NCBI GenBank assembly: GCA_050248355.1
Contig: JBFWSN010000004.1
Span: forward strand, 81,151-145,150
Length of the DNA: 64,000 nucleotides
Direction: 5' to 3'
Source of the DNA: Dehalococcoidia bacterium
GTDB taxonomy: Bacteria > Chloroflexota > Dehalococcoidia > UBA2979
Position numbers and translations under genes: made by a program. Positions 37,595 to 48,230 of the stretch are shown piece after piece; the stretch's first letter is position 1; the number at the start of each line of letters is the position of its first letter. The notes beneath the pieces were generated by a model. It had not been told where the DNA came from. It did not search any database and saw only the letters and a program-made list of their open reading frames with translations.

Positions 37595-39009
37595 GGCCGT
37601 GCCTCCAACAACGCACGCACCATCGGCCCAAGCCGGTCGACATCTCCAGCGCCGATGGTGAAGAACACGTCACCGGGCCGGAGCCGATCGGCGATCTGTC
37701 GTGCGGCGTCGTCGAACGTCTCGACGAAGTCCGGCGCGGGGGAGGTGATCTCGCGGACGAGCTCCTGCGCCGACAAACCGGCGTCAGGCGCCTCGCGCGC
37801 TGCGTACGTACCGAGTACGAAGAGGTGGTCGAGCGCCTCGAAGCACGTGCGGAAGCCAGCGAGGAGATAGCGAGATCTGGAGTAAGTGTGTGGCTGGAAG
37901 CACGCCACCAGCCGACGGCCTGGGAAGCGTGCTCTGGCGCTTTGCAGCGTCGCCCGCACCTCGGTCGGGTGGTGCGCATAGTCGTCCATGATCGTCACAC
38001 CGCGGACGTCGGCGACGTGCTCGAACCGGCGGTGCGCGCCAGTGAATTCAGAGGCAGCTTGTGCGGCCCGATGGAAGTCGACGCCCGCTCGCATGGCCAT
38101 GGCCAACGCGCCCAGAGCGTTGGAGACGTTGTGCCTCCCCGGCACCTGCAGGGAGACTCGCCCCACCTCGCTGCCGTCGAGTTGCACGACGAAGTCGATG
38201 CCACCGCGGTCGTTGCCGCGGAGCTGGACGGCCCGCCATTCGGCCTCCACGTCGGCGAGCGCGAACCGCTCAACACGTGCACCGTCCCGGGCGCGCTGCG
38301 TCGCGATCTCTGCGGCGTGTGGCGAGTCCGCGCACACGAACAGCGTGCCCCCTGGCTGGACGCGACTGGAGAAGCTGCGGAAAGCCTCGATGAACCGCTC
38401 TTCTGTACCGTAGTAGTCGAGGTGATCGGCCTCCACGTTGAGGATCACCGCGTAGCGGGGTTCGTATTGCAGGAACGCCTCGGCGTACTCGTCTGCTTCT
38501 ACGACTGCGACGCGGCCGGCACCCTCGCGGGCGTTACTGCCAAGCTCGCGGGAGTCGCCCCCCGCGAGCACCAGCGGGTCCAGTCCTCCGCGCACAGCCA
38601 TGAGGGCGAGGAGCGTCGTCGTGGTCGTCTTCCCGTGCGTTCCCGCGACCGCGAGTACGTCGCGATCCGCGATCAGCCGCTGCACCATCTCGGCCCGTAC
38701 GAGCACCGGAATCCCCAACGACAGCGCGGCCAACAGCTCCGGGTTATCGTCTTTCGCCGCGACTGTCGTCACGACGAGCTCGGCGCGACCGAGGTTCGAC
38801 GCGGCGTGGCCCTGGTAGATGACCGCGCCCATCGCGCGGAGCCGCTCCACCTGCTCCGATGGCGCGATGTCGGACCCGGTCACGACGTGCCCTCGCGCGA
38901 GGAGGATCTGCCCGATCGCTGACATATGCATCCCGCCGGCGCCGATCAGGTGCACGCGGTGGGGGATAGCGAATCCGCCCTGGTCGGCGCGGGACTTAAG
39001 CCGGACCAT
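37591..39009 (-). CDS. murC: UDP-N-acetylmuramate--L-alanine ligase
   Basis: HLIGAGGMHMSAIGQILL...GTHGKTTTT...DDYAHHPTE. Confidence 0.93.
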   Translation of the reverse strand: MVRLKSRADQGGFAIPHRVHLIGAGGMHMSAIGQILLARGHVVTGSDIAPSEQVERLRAMGAVIYQGHAASNLGRAELVVTTVAAKDDNPELLAALSLGIPVLVRAEMVQRLIADRDVLAVAGTHGKTTTTTLLALMAVRGGLDPLVLAGGDSRELGSNAREGAGRVAVVEADEYAEAFLQYEPRYAVILNVEADHLDYYGTEERFIEAFRSFSSRVQPGGTLFVCADSPHAAEIATQRARDGARVERFALADVEAEWRAVQLRGNDRGGIDFVVQLDGSEVGRVSLQVPGRHNVSNALGALAMAMRAGVDFHRAAQAASEFTGAHRRFEHVADVRGVTIMDDYAHHPTEVRATLQSARARFPGRRLVACFQPHTYSRSRYLLAGFRTCFEALDHLFVLGTYAAREAPDAGLSAQELVREITSPAPDFVETFDDAARQIADRLRPGDVFFTIGAGDVDRLGPMVRALLEARP

Positions 39010-40079
39010 CAGGCCGCCATCGCTTCCATGAGATCCGCGAGCTTCGATGCCGCCTCCGGGCGGGCGAGGCCGCGCATCGCGCCTGCCATCCGCCGTCGCT
39101 CGGCGTCGTCATCGAGTAGTCGAGCGATGACCGGTTCGAGGTCGGCCAGCCGGTCATTCGCCAACGCGATCGCCGCGCCTCGTTCCTCGAGGTAGGTTGC
39201 GTTCAACCGCTGATCCGAGAACGTGCCTGGCACGACGATCGCGGGCAGGCCGGCCATGGGCAGTTCACCCAGCGTCGAAGCGCCTGCGCGGGTTACCGCG
39301 AGATCCGCGGCTGCCATAGCCCATGCCATCGCTTCCGTGTACGCGACGACGTGGTAGCGAGGACACATCTCCGGCACGAGCCGTGCGCGCTCCTGAAGTA
39401 GCCAGCGTTCCTCCTGTCGTCCGCAGACATGGAGGACCTGTGCGCGCTGGAGCAACCGCGGCAGCGCCGCAGCAATCGCCTGGTTGATCGCGTGGGCGCC
39501 GAGTGACCCGCCGGTGACGAGGAGCGTCGGCAGCGCGGGATCCAGACCGAATCGCCGCTGACCCTCGTCGCGGGTGGCCTGATGGAACTGCGGGCGCACC
39601 GGGTAGCCGGTGACCACGGTCTTCCGCCTCGGGAGCGAGGGGAGCGCCCCGTCGACCGAACAGGCGACGGCGGTGGCGAACCGGTTGAGGAACCGCACCG
39701 CCCAGCCAGGATGCACATCCGGCAGGAATACGAGCAGCGGAACGCTCCGGCGCCGTGCCGCCAGCCCCGCGGGCGCCGCCGCATAGCCGCCGGTAGCGAA
39801 GAGCGCCGCTGGGCGGGTCGCTCGCATGTGTGCGGAGACGTCGCACGTGCCTCGGACGAGGTTCAGTCCGCCGCGTGCCATTCGTCGAGGCCCGCCTCGC
39901 ACCTGGGAGGCAGCCATCCCGTGAAAGGGAATGTTCGCCGCTTCGGCGAGCGCGTGTTCTGGCCCGTTGTCCGTGCCGTAGTACGCCAGCGTGTTTCCTC
40001 GGCGTCGCAATTCTTCGCCCACGGTGATCGAGGGGTAGGTGTGGCCCCCGGTGCCTCCGCCGGCCAACGCGTACATCAT
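39009..40079 (-). CDS. murG: undecaprenyldiphospho-muramoylpentapeptide beta-N-acetylglucosaminyltransferase
   Basis: MMYALAGGGTGGHTYPSITV... Start at 40079 overlaps the ftsW stop as ATGA. The ORF-track start at 40307 lies inside ftsW. Confidence 0.9.
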   Translation of the reverse strand: MMYALAGGGTGGHTYPSITVGEELRRRGNTLAYYGTDNGPEHALAEAANIPFHGMAASQVRGGPRRMARGGLNLVRGTCDVSAHMRATRPAALFATGGYAAAPAGLAARRRSVPLLVFLPDVHPGWAVRFLNRFATAVACSVDGALPSLPRRKTVVTGYPVRPQFHQATRDEGQRRFGLDPALPTLLVTGGSLGAHAINQAIAAALPRLLQRAQVLHVCGRQEERWLLQERARLVPEMCPRYHVVAYTEAMAWAMAAADLAVTRAGASTLGELPMAGLPAIVVPGTFSDQRLNATYLEERGAAIALANDRLADLEPVIARLLDDDAERRRMAGAMRGLARPEAASKLADLMEAMAA

Positions 40080-41269
40080 GGACCGGCCTCGGGGGCCGGA
40101 CTTGGACGCACGACGCCACGAGTCGGCTCGAATCGCTCCGTGTCGTCGATCGCCGCGTATCGCGATACCGACAGCAGGACGCCAACTGCGATGAGGAGCG
40201 CCATGATGGAGGACCCACCGTACGAGAGAAACGGTAAGGGGATTCCCGTGAGCGGGATCGACCGTGTGACCCCACCGACGTTGATCAGCAACTGCAGCGC
40301 GATCCACGCGATCACACCGGTTGCGATCAGTGAGCCGAATCGATCAGGCGCCCGCATCGCGATTCGCAACCCGCGCGCGAGAAACACGACGAACAACAAG
40401 AGCACGACCACGACGCCGACAAAGCCGAGTTCCTCCCCGACGATCGCCAGCACACCGTCGGTGTGCGACCCCGGTATGTAGAAGAACTTCTGCCTCGAGA
40501 CGCCGAGTCCGAGCCCGCCGATCCCTCCCGAGCCAAACGCGACCAGCATCTGCAGAGCGTGGAAGCCGACGCCCGTTGGATCGCTCTCGGCCGAGGTGAA
40601 CGCGGTCAGGCGGTCGGCTCGATACCCGTGACTGAGAATGAGGATCACGGCCATCACGAGCCCGCTGCCGACCAGCGCGACCAGATGAGTCAGCTTCGCT
40701 CCGGCTACGAAGAAGAGGGTGCCCGTGATGAGAGCCACCATCATCGCGGTGCCCATATCGGGCTCCATCATGATCAAGGCTCCGATGAGCCCCACCATAC
40801 TCACAAACGGCAGCACGCCAAGTGACAGGTCTCTGACCGTGTCGCCCTTGGCGGCCAACCATGCGGCCATATAGATCAGCACCGCGACCTTCGCGAACTC
40901 GCTCGGCTGCAATGGCGGCAGTGGCCCGAGCGCGATCCAGCGACGGGCACCGTTCTGCTCAAGGCCGATGCCGGGGAGCAGCGCTGCGGCGAGCCCGATG
41001 AGCGCGCCGAGCATCAGCAGCGGGCTGAGACGCATCAGGATCCGATAGTCGACGTTCATCGCGATGAACATCCCGAGGAGACCCAGCGCTGTGAAGAAGA
41101 CCTGCTTCTTGATGAAGTAGTTGGGGTCGTCATACTCGGCGTAGCCGAGCGCGTACGACGACGAGTACACGGCGATCAAGCCGATGACGAGCAGCACCGT
41201 GAGGACGGCGAGCAGCAAGTAGTCGGGCCCGTGCCGTCGCACGGTGTATTCGGCGACCCGACGTGCCAT
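40076..41269 (-). CDS. ftsW: SEDS-family peptidoglycan glycosyltransferase FtsW
   Basis: About 10 TM helices. QPSEFAKV...IPLTGIPLPFLSYGGSS is the SEDS signature. Confidence 0.9.
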   Translation of the reverse strand: MARRVAEYTVRRHGPDYLLLAVLTVLLVIGLIAVYSSSYALGYAEYDDPNYFIKKQVFFTALGLLGMFIAMNVDYRILMRLSPLLMLGALIGLAAALLPGIGLEQNGARRWIALGPLPPLQPSEFAKVAVLIYMAAWLAAKGDTVRDLSLGVLPFVSMVGLIGALIMMEPDMGTAMMVALITGTLFFVAGAKLTHLVALVGSGLVMAVILILSHGYRADRLTAFTSAESDPTGVGFHALQMLVAFGSGGIGGLGLGVSRQKFFYIPGSHTDGVLAIVGEELGFVGVVVVLLLFVVFLARGLRIAMRAPDRFGSLIATGVIAWIALQLLINVGGVTRSIPLTGIPLPFLSYGGSSIMALLIAVGVLLSVSRYAAIDDTERFEPTRGVVRPSPAPEAGP

Positions 41270-42675
41270 CAGGCGTCGCCTTCCAGCCGCCGCACGGCCT
41301 CGCGAAACGCCTCGCCGCGGCGCTCGAAGTTCGGATAGAGGTCGAACGAGCTACCGGCCGGCGCGAAAAGCACTGCATCCCCTGCATGGGCGTAGCGTCT
41401 GGCGGCGGACACCGCTGCGCGTACGTCCTGCACCTGCTCGACTGGGAGCGACGCGGATCCCGCGGCGTCCCGCACGGCCGAGGCGAACATCTCCCCCGCC
41501 TCGCCGAAGGCGATCACGGCGCGGCAGCGGCGAACCGCCTCCCCCGCGAGTTCGCCCACCGGCAGGTACTTGTGTCGGCCGCCGAGGATCAACACGAGCG
41601 GCTGCTCGAACGAGCGCATGCCGGCCAGCGTCCGCTCAGGCGTCGTGGCGATGGAGTCGTTCACGTAGTCGACGCCATCGACTGTGCCGACTGGTTCGAG
41701 CCGGTGAGGAACCCCGGTAAACGCCCGGATCGCGGTTGCCGCCTCGACATCGGACACACCGAGGCGGTTGGCGAGAGCGACGGCTGAGAGCACGTTCTCG
41801 ACGTTGTGCGAGCCACGCAGCCGGATGTCACCACGAGGCAGCACGGGAAACGCCTCACCGGCGTCAAATCGCGTGACCGTGTCCTCTAGCAGCGCGACTC
41901 CATCGCCCGGGAGCGCCCGGGTTGCTGACGTGTAGGCCGCCTGACCAGGCGTCTCACGCGAAAAGGCCGCCGATACTTCGTTGTCCAGGTTGAAGATGCA
42001 CGTGTCGTCGGCCGTTTGAAACTGGAAGATGCGGCGCTTGAGCGCCACGTAGGCGGTCCATGAGTAGCGATCGAGGTGGTTCGGCGTGACGTTCGTCACG
42101 CAGGCGAGGTGGGGGCTGCGTGTCACTGACTCCAGTTGCGTGTGAGACAGCTCGATCATGACTTTCGTCTCGGGCTCGATCCGCTCCAGCAATCCGAGTA
42201 GCCCCACGCCGATGTTTCCGCCAACGACATAATCGGAACCCGACACGCCGAGCATCGCACCAACGAGTGCCGTCGTCGTCGTCTTTCCGGACGAGCCGGT
42301 CACTGCCGCGACCGGTGCGGGGCACAGGTCGAAGAAGAGCTGGGCCATCGAGGAGAGCGGCACGCCTGCGGCCTTCGCGGCGTCGATCGCGGGCAGGTCG
42401 CGCGGGACTCCCTGCGAGATGAACACGCAGTCGGCCTCGCGCGCGTCCTCGGGACGGTTCGCGCCGAGCGAGAGCGTGGCGTCGACATCCGCGATGGCGG
42501 CGATGGCGTCGCTGAGGGCCTCGGCCGGCCGCGCGTCGGACACGGTGACGCGTGCACCTTGCGCTGCAAGGAAGTGCACGAGATCGATGCCTTCGATGCC
42601 CAGCCCGATCACGGTGACGCGCGCTCCTCCGAAGTTCGGCTTATAGGAGAAAGCAGTTGAGCCATTCTTATCCAC
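41269..42675 (-). CDS. murD: UDP-N-acetylmuramoylalanine--D-glutamate ligase
   Basis: VTVIGLGIEGI...VTGSSGKTTTT...VNDSIATTPERT. GTG start. Confidence 0.92.
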   Translation of the reverse strand: MDKNGSTAFSYKPNFGGARVTVIGLGIEGIDLVHFLAAQGARVTVSDARPAEALSDAIAAIADVDATLSLGANRPEDAREADCVFISQGVPRDLPAIDAAKAAGVPLSSMAQLFFDLCPAPVAAVTGSSGKTTTTALVGAMLGVSGSDYVVGGNIGVGLLGLLERIEPETKVMIELSHTQLESVTRSPHLACVTNVTPNHLDRYSWTAYVALKRRIFQFQTADDTCIFNLDNEVSAAFSRETPGQAAYTSATRALPGDGVALLEDTVTRFDAGEAFPVLPRGDIRLRGSHNVENVLSAVALANRLGVSDVEAATAIRAFTGVPHRLEPVGTVDGVDYVNDSIATTPERTLAGMRSFEQPLVLILGGRHKYLPVGELAGEAVRRCRAVIAFGEAGEMFASAVRDAAGSASLPVEQVQDVRAAVSAARRYAHAGDAVLFAPAGSSFDLYPNFERRGEAFREAVRRLEGDA

Positions 42676-42681
42676 AGCGCA

Positions 42682-43641
42682 TCACACCGCAAGTGCCAGG
42701 GCGACGCCGGCCAGTGCCGCTGCCCCCCCGAGCAGCCAGAAACGCGTCACCACCTGCGGCTCACTCCACCCGATCAGCTCGAAGTGGTGATGTACTGGCG
42801 TCATGCGGAACAGCCGCCGGCCGCCAGTCGCCTTGAAGTGCGCGATCTGAATCACCGTCGACGCTGCCTCGATGACGAAGACGAGACCAATCAGGGGAAG
42901 GATGAGCCAGTGCTCCGTCATCAGGGCGGCGGTCGCGAGCACGGCCCCAACCGGCAGCGCCCCGGCATCCCCCATGAACACCGCGGCCGGATGGGCGTTG
43001 TACCAGAGGAACCCGAGCAGCGCCCCGACCATCGCGAACAGGAATCCTCCGAGGTAGTAGTCACCCTGCATCAGCGCGAGCGCGCCGTACGCCGCATATG
43101 CCACCGCGGCTGTTCCACCCAGCAGGCCGTCGAGCCCGTCTGTGATGGCGGTCGCGGGCGTCATCAGGAAGACGATGGCGATCGCGATGGGCAGGTACGC
43201 GTATCCGATGTCGTGGACGCCCGCCCACGGGATATGCATGCTCCCTCGGTCCATCCCGAAGTAGAGGACGCAGGCGACCGCAACGGAGAGCCCAAACAGC
43301 AGCACGAACTTCACGCGCCAGCTGAGCTTGCGCTGCGGACCGCCTACCAGCGTACCGAGGTCGTCGTATGCGCCGATGGCCAACGCCACGGCGGCGACGC
43401 CCAGCGGAAGAAAGACGGCCGGATGTTCGAATGGATCCGAGAGCAACGAGACGAGCACAACCGTGCCGAAGATGAGGAGCCCGCCCATGGTTGGCGTCCC
43501 GGCCTTCGTGAGATGAGACGATGGGCCCTCTTCCGAGATCGCTTTGCCGAGTTTGCGGCGCCTGAGCCACGGCACGACCTGTGTCCCGGCGACGAGGGCG
43601 ATCAGGAACGCGGCGGCACCCGAAAGCAGCGCGTGTGTCAC
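42682..43641 (-). CDS. mraY: phospho-N-acetylmuramoyl-pentapeptide transferase
   Basis: KAGTPTMGGLLI...YDDL...NAHPAAVFMGDAGALPVG...TPVHHHFEL. Confidence 0.94.
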   Translation of the reverse strand: MTHALLSGAAAFLIALVAGTQVVPWLRRRKLGKAISEEGPSSHLTKAGTPTMGGLLIFGTVVLVSLLSDPFEHPAVFLPLGVAAVALAIGAYDDLGTLVGGPQRKLSWRVKFVLLFGLSVAVACVLYFGMDRGSMHIPWAGVHDIGYAYLPIAIAIVFLMTPATAITDGLDGLLGGTAAVAYAAYGALALMQGDYYLGGFLFAMVGALLGFLWYNAHPAAVFMGDAGALPVGAVLATAALMTEHWLILPLIGLVFVIEAASTVIQIAHFKATGGRRLFRMTPVHHHFELIGWSEPQVVTRFWLLGGAAALAGVALALAV

Positions 43642-45041
43642 GTCGACGCTGTCCCCTCGCTCGCGTTTGGAGCGAGCAATTCGGCGACCACCGACTCGAG
43701 TGCGAGTGCCCGCGACGCCTTCACCAGGACGACATCGCCCGGGGCCACGAGCGCGCGGACGGCCGCTCCTATTTCCTCCTTGCTCGCGAAGTGATGGGTG
43801 TCGGCGAGCCCCGCTCGCGACGCCGCCTCGTTCATCGTGCTCGCGTGCGATCCGACTGTGAGCAGGACATCGGCAACCTCGGCGGCACGTCGCCCAACGC
43901 GTTCGTGCTCCACCGCGGACAAATCCCCTAGCTCGAGCATGTCGCCGAGAACCGCGATACGGCGTCCCGGCGTCTCTCCGAGCAGGTCGAGTGCCGCGAG
44001 CGTTGCCACCGGGCTTGCGTTGTACGTATCGTCGAGCACTGTGAAGCCTCGAACGCTTCGTCGGATCGTGAGCCGCGTGGGCACGTCGAGCCGTTCGATG
44101 GACTCGCAGACGGTGTCGAACTCGACTCCATCCGCGAGCGCTGCCGCTGCTGAGGCCAGGACGTTCGTCACGAGGTGAGCGCCCGGCAACGCCACACGTA
44201 CCCGCCGAGAACGACCCAGGGCGTGCAACGTGAAGAGGAATCCATCCGCACCGCGGCTCTCGAGATCAGAGGATCGCACATCGAGCTCGGGAGAGGTACC
44301 TACGGTCCAGACCTGCGCTCGCGTGTGACTCGCCATTGCCCGGACCCTTGGGTCGTCGACGTTCAGAATCGCGTGCCCGTCTGGCGGCAGCGATTCGACC
44401 AGCTCGCGCTTCGCGCGCGCGATCACGTCAAGTGACCCTGCACGTTCGAGGTGGACTGGCCCTACGTTGAGGACAATGCCAATCTGAGGTCGCGTCCATT
44501 CGCACAGCAACGCGATCTCGCCCGTGGTGTACATTCCCATCTCGATGACCGCGCGTTCGGTTTCGGGGCGCAGCCGCAGCAGGCAGAGTGGGACCCCGAT
44601 TTCGTTGTTGTAGTTCTGCGCCTCGGCCTGCACGCGGTAGCGACTCTGAAGCAGCGCAGCCGTGATCAGCTTCGTTGTCGACTTTCCGACGTTGCCGGTC
44701 ACCCCGACGACCTGGAGTCGGTCGAGGCTACTCCGCCACGCGACCGCGATGCGCTGCAGGGCGGCCAGCGGGTCCGAAACGATGAACATGGCGATCTCCG
44801 GGCGGAGGTCGACTGGCTCCCGCACCAGAACGCCGTGCGCGCCGTGCTCCACCGCAGCGGTGGCGTATTGATGCCCGTCCACGCGCGTGCCCTCAAGCGC
44901 GACAAACAGGTCGCCGTCCGCTGCTTCTCGCGAGTCGATCACGGCGCGGCGGAACTCCACATGCGGCCCGGTGTGCTCGATAAGCAAATCCCCGAGCGAG
45001 GCCGCGACGAACGATGTGTCGAAGGCGGGCACGTTGGTCAC
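43638..45041 (-). CDS. murF: UDP-N-acetylmuramoyl-tripeptide--D-alanyl-D-alanine ligase
   Basis: GVTGNVGKSTTK and the MurF-specific LDDTYNASP motif. MurE would instead carry D-Y-A-H-T-P-D. Confidence 0.9.
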   Translation of the reverse strand: MTNVPAFDTSFVAASLGDLLIEHTGPHVEFRRAVIDSREAADGDLFVALEGTRVDGHQYATAAVEHGAHGVLVREPVDLRPEIAMFIVSDPLAALQRIAVAWRSSLDRLQVVGVTGNVGKSTTKLITAALLQSRYRVQAEAQNYNNEIGVPLCLLRLRPETERAVIEMGMYTTGEIALLCEWTRPQIGIVLNVGPVHLERAGSLDVIARAKRELVESLPPDGHAILNVDDPRVRAMASHTRAQVWTVGTSPELDVRSSDLESRGADGFLFTLHALGRSRRVRVALPGAHLVTNVLASAAAALADGVEFDTVCESIERLDVPTRLTIRRSVRGFTVLDDTYNASPVATLAALDLLGETPGRRIAVLGDMLELGDLSAVEHERVGRRAAEVADVLLTVGSHASTMNEAASRAGLADTHHFASKEEIGAAVRALVAPGDVVLVKASRALALESVVAELLAPNASEGTAST

Positions 45042-46783
45042 TGAGCAGCCGCCTGGAGCTCACCCGGCCGGCTGGCGGGTACACGAAGGTACTTCATGAT
45101 GTCGCCCGCCACCCCTGCAAAGACAGGCGCGGCCACTTGCCCACCGAGGTTGAGTCCGCCGCTCGGCTGGTCGATCTTCACGAGAATGGACACGCGCGGC
45201 TGCTCGTACGGCAGGAATCCGGCGAACGACGCAATCGTGCTGTCAAGATCGTACCCCGTCGGGATTGAGACGAGCGTTGTGCCGGTCTTCCCCGCGACGT
45301 TGTAGCCAGGCACGCGCGCTCCGTGGTACTCGACGCCTTCCACGACGTCGTACATCAGCCTGCCCATGGTCTCCGCCGTCGCTTCCGAGACCGGTCGCCG
45401 CACTTCGACGGGCTCGAAGTGCCGCACGCCGTCCTCGTTCGCTACCTGGGAGACGATGTAGGGCCGCATCAGGCGTCCCCCGTTCGCGAACACGTTCACG
45501 GCGGTGAGCACCTGGATCGGCGTGGCGGCGAACCCCTGGCCGTACGAGTTCGTCGCGAGGTCTACGGGGTACCAGTCCTCATCGCTGGGCAGACGGATCA
45601 GGCCTTCGGCCTCGCCGGAGAGCCCCACGTGCGTTGCTTCGCCGAGTCCGAACGCCTGCAGATACCGATAGAAATCCCTGGCGCCGACCAACTGCGACAG
45701 CCAGACGGAGCCGGTGTTCAACGACTTCTGCAGGTACTCACGGACGTTCGTCGGGCCGTTCGCTGAGAAGTCCCAGTTCTTGATTGTCGCGTCACCGATC
45801 TGGACCTCGCCCGTATCAACGTACGTTGACTCCGGGGTCACCCGTCCGAGGTCGAGGGCGCTCGCCGTCGTCAGCGTCTTGATGACAGAACCCGGCTCGT
45901 ACAGATCCGCGATCGCCCGGTTGCGGACCTCGTCGAGCAGGCGCGGGTTATCGAGGTCGATTCCTGACTGGCCGACGGATGGGACCGAAGCCATCGCCAG
46001 TATGGCCCCCGTGTTGGGGTCCATCACCACGATGCTCCCGCCGCGGGCGTTGTACCGGCCAACTGCCTCCTTCAGCCGCTGCTCCGCAATCGACTGGATG
46101 AAGCGGTCGATGGTGAGCGTCACATCGCCGCCCGGGACGGGGTCGCGTTCCGTGCGGCCCCCGAATGAGATCGGCCGGCCCAGCGCATCGCGCTCCGAAC
46201 CAATCAGCCCTGGCGTGCCCTGCAGGAGACCGTCGAAGTCCGCCTCCACGCCCCAGAGGCCCCGGCCCTCCAGGCCCACGAATCCGACGATCGAGCTCGC
46301 AAGTCCTCCCTCGGGGTACACTCGCCGCGCCGATGGCAGGAGTCGTACGCCCCACAGGTCTCTCGACTCCAGCTCAATCCCGGCCTCATACGGAAGCTGC
46401 CTCTCGACGACCACATCGCCGGCGCCGCCGTCCATGCCAAGCTCGATCAGTGCCTGCTCATCCCTTCCGAGTGCTGCCGCCAGGCCGTTTGCCGCGGCGG
46501 TCGCCTGTGCTGGATCCTGTCCCCACAGGAACCGGTCGATATACACGTCCCACGTGTCCTCGGAAGTCGCGAGCGGGAAGCCAGATGCGTCGAGAATCGC
46601 TCCACGAGGGGCCGGTAGATCCGCGACCCCCAGGTGAGTGGCGGCGGCTTCTTCGACGTAGCGCTCGTGGTTGACGATCTGGATCATCGCGAGGCGCACC
46701 ACGAGTGCGAGCATGGCCACGCCGACGAGGCAAGTGAGCGCAATCAGGCGCCAGGTCAGGTGGTTCGGCCTGGACTCGGGCAC
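45038..46783 (-). CDS. ftsI: peptidoglycan D,D-transpeptidase FtsI (class B PBP)
   Basis: N-terminal TM helix, a PBP dimerisation domain, and the transpeptidase motifs SVIKT ... SLNT ... KTGT. Confidence 0.9.
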   Translation of the reverse strand: MPESRPNHLTWRLIALTCLVGVAMLALVVRLAMIQIVNHERYVEEAAATHLGVADLPAPRGAILDASGFPLATSEDTWDVYIDRFLWGQDPAQATAAANGLAAALGRDEQALIELGMDGGAGDVVVERQLPYEAGIELESRDLWGVRLLPSARRVYPEGGLASSIVGFVGLEGRGLWGVEADFDGLLQGTPGLIGSERDALGRPISFGGRTERDPVPGGDVTLTIDRFIQSIAEQRLKEAVGRYNARGGSIVVMDPNTGAILAMASVPSVGQSGIDLDNPRLLDEVRNRAIADLYEPGSVIKTLTTASALDLGRVTPESTYVDTGEVQIGDATIKNWDFSANGPTNVREYLQKSLNTGSVWLSQLVGARDFYRYLQAFGLGEATHVGLSGEAEGLIRLPSDEDWYPVDLATNSYGQGFAATPIQVLTAVNVFANGGRLMRPYIVSQVANEDGVRHFEPVEVRRPVSEATAETMGRLMYDVVEGVEYHGARVPGYNVAGKTGTTLVSIPTGYDLDSTIASFAGFLPYEQPRVSILVKIDQPSGGLNLGGQVAAPVFAGVAGDIMKYLRVPASRPGELQAAAQ

Positions 46784-46818
46784 GCGGCTCTCCTGACGCC
46801 TGGCCGCGAGCGGCCGTC

Positions 46819-47271
46819 CTAGTTGAAGCCCGGAAGCCTCCGCAGGAAGCGCTCCCAGATGGACAGCGGCGGTGTCTGAATCCGCTGGGGCTGCACCACG
46901 TAGCGCTCCGGCAACGGGACGGACGATGGGGCAGTGACGCCCACCGCGATGTGGATTGTGCGTTGAGGCGGCACCATCCCGAGCCGGTCGATCGCCGTGC
47001 GGCGCACCTGCTCAACCCTGGTCTGCCGCGCGATTTCCGCCTCGAGCAGCCGCACCTCCGCGCTCAGTCCCTGCCGTTCGTTTTCCAGCGCACGCAGTTC
47101 ATACCCGGCGGTGGCGGCACGGCTGGTCTGCAGCACCTGGAGCAGTCCTACACCCGCCACAACGAGCACGGCGATCCCTGCAAGCAGCGTCCCGGAGATG
47201 TGGCGAGGCCGGGCAAACCTCGGTGCGACGCGCTGACTATGAGGCGGACGAACCTGGGGGAGCGTGGCCAT
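46819..47271 (-). CDS. ftsL: cell division protein FtsL-like
   Basis: The position between rsmH and ftsI fits. There is a single TM helix (LLAGIAVLVVAGVGLL) followed by a coiled coil (ELRALENERQGLSAEVRLLEAEIA). Confidence 0.7.
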   Translation of the reverse strand: MATLPQVRPPHSQRVAPRFARPRHISGTLLAGIAVLVVAGVGLLQVLQTSRAATAGYELRALENERQGLSAEVRLLEAEIARQTRVEQVRRTAIDRLGMVPPQRTIHIAVGVTAPSSVPLPERYVVQPQRIQTPPLSIWERFLRRLPGFN

Positions 47272-48230
47272 CAGGCGGCTACCTGCTGGTGCAGGGACTC
47301 AGCCACTCGAAGCCGGGCGGAGCGGGCACGGGGGTTCCGCGCCACTTCCGCCTGAGTCGCCTGGACGGCTCGCCGCCCGATCATGCGCACACTCGGTTCT
47401 GCCCCACATATACACACTGGCGTCCGCGGTGGACAGACGCAAGTGCTTGACTCCTTAATCATATAGCGTTTCACGATACGATCCTCGAGCGAGTGAAATG
47501 AGATCACGACGAGGCGGGAGCCAACGCCAGCGAGCAGGCCGCGGGCACCATCAAGCGCGTCCACAAGCGAGACGAGCTCGCCGTTGACGGCTATCCGCAA
47601 GGCCTGGAACGTCAGAGTGGCGGGGTGGATTTGACGTTCCCGACCCCGTCCCACGGCCTGCTCGATCGCGTTGACCAGTTCTCCAGTCGTCGTTATCGGA
47701 CGACGCGCCACGATCGACCGCGCGATGGCGCGGCTCCGACGCTCCTCTCCGTACCGCCAGATGAGGTCCGCCAGATCGTGCTCGTCGTACGTGTTCACGA
47801 TCTGCGCCGCACTCACCGGCGCATCCGGGCCCATCCGCATGTCGAGGGGTTCGTCGCGCTGGAAGGAAAACCCGCGGCCCGGCGTATCCAGTTGCATCGA
47901 CGACACGCCTAGGTCGAAGAGCACCCCGTCAACTGCATCGAAGCCGTGGTCCCGCGCGATGGCGGCGACGGCTTCATGGTTGCCCTGCTGCAGGACTGCT
48001 CGCTTCCCGAAGCGCTTCAGGCGCTGTCCGGCGACTTCGATGGCCTCCGGATCGCGATCGATCCCCAGCAACCGGCCGGCGGGCTCCGCTGCCTCGAGGA
48101 TGGCCTCCGCATGGCCTCCCAGCCCCACCGTGGCGTCGACGTAGGACCCTCCCGGATGCACGGCAAGCGCGGCCAGCGTCTCAGTGAGCAAGACCGGTTC
48201 GTGCCTGCGGCGGTCGTCCGCGCGGTTCAT
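47271..48230 (-). CDS. rsmH: 16S rRNA (cytosine1402-N4)-methyltransferase
   Basis: HEPVLLTE...[16 protein letters not shown]...[11 protein letters not shown]...[12 protein letters not shown]. Confidence 0.95.
   Translation of the reverse strand: MNRADDRRRHEPVLLTETLAALAVHPGGSYVDATVGLGGHAEAILEAAEPAGRLLGIDRDPEAIEVAGQRLKRFGKRAVLQQGNHEAVAAIARDHGFDAVDGVLFDLGVSSMQLDTPGRGFSFQRDEPLDMRMGPDAPVSAAQIVNTYDEHDLADLIWRYGEERRSRAIARSIVARRPITTTGELVNAIEQAVGRGRERQIHPATLTFQALRIAVNGELVSLVDALDGARGLLAGVGSRLVVISFHSLEDRIVKRYMIKESSTCVCPPRTPVCICGAEPSVRMIGRRAVQATQAEVARNPRARSARLRVAESLHQQVAA

Noticed and set aside
39009-40307. Long N-terminal extensions of murG (to 40307), ftsQ (to 36786), nrdR (to 32656) and the B-box protein (to 18777).
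   Set aside because: The extensions overlap the upstream genes extensively. Family-typical N-termini coincide with internal starts that form short stop/start overlaps.
42668-42676. A perfect DnaA-box 9-mer, TTATCCACA.
   Set aside because: It is a single isolated copy lying across the murD start codon, with no cluster, no AT-rich unwinding element and no dnaA or dnaN nearby. One chance hit in 128 kb of two-strand sequence is plausible.
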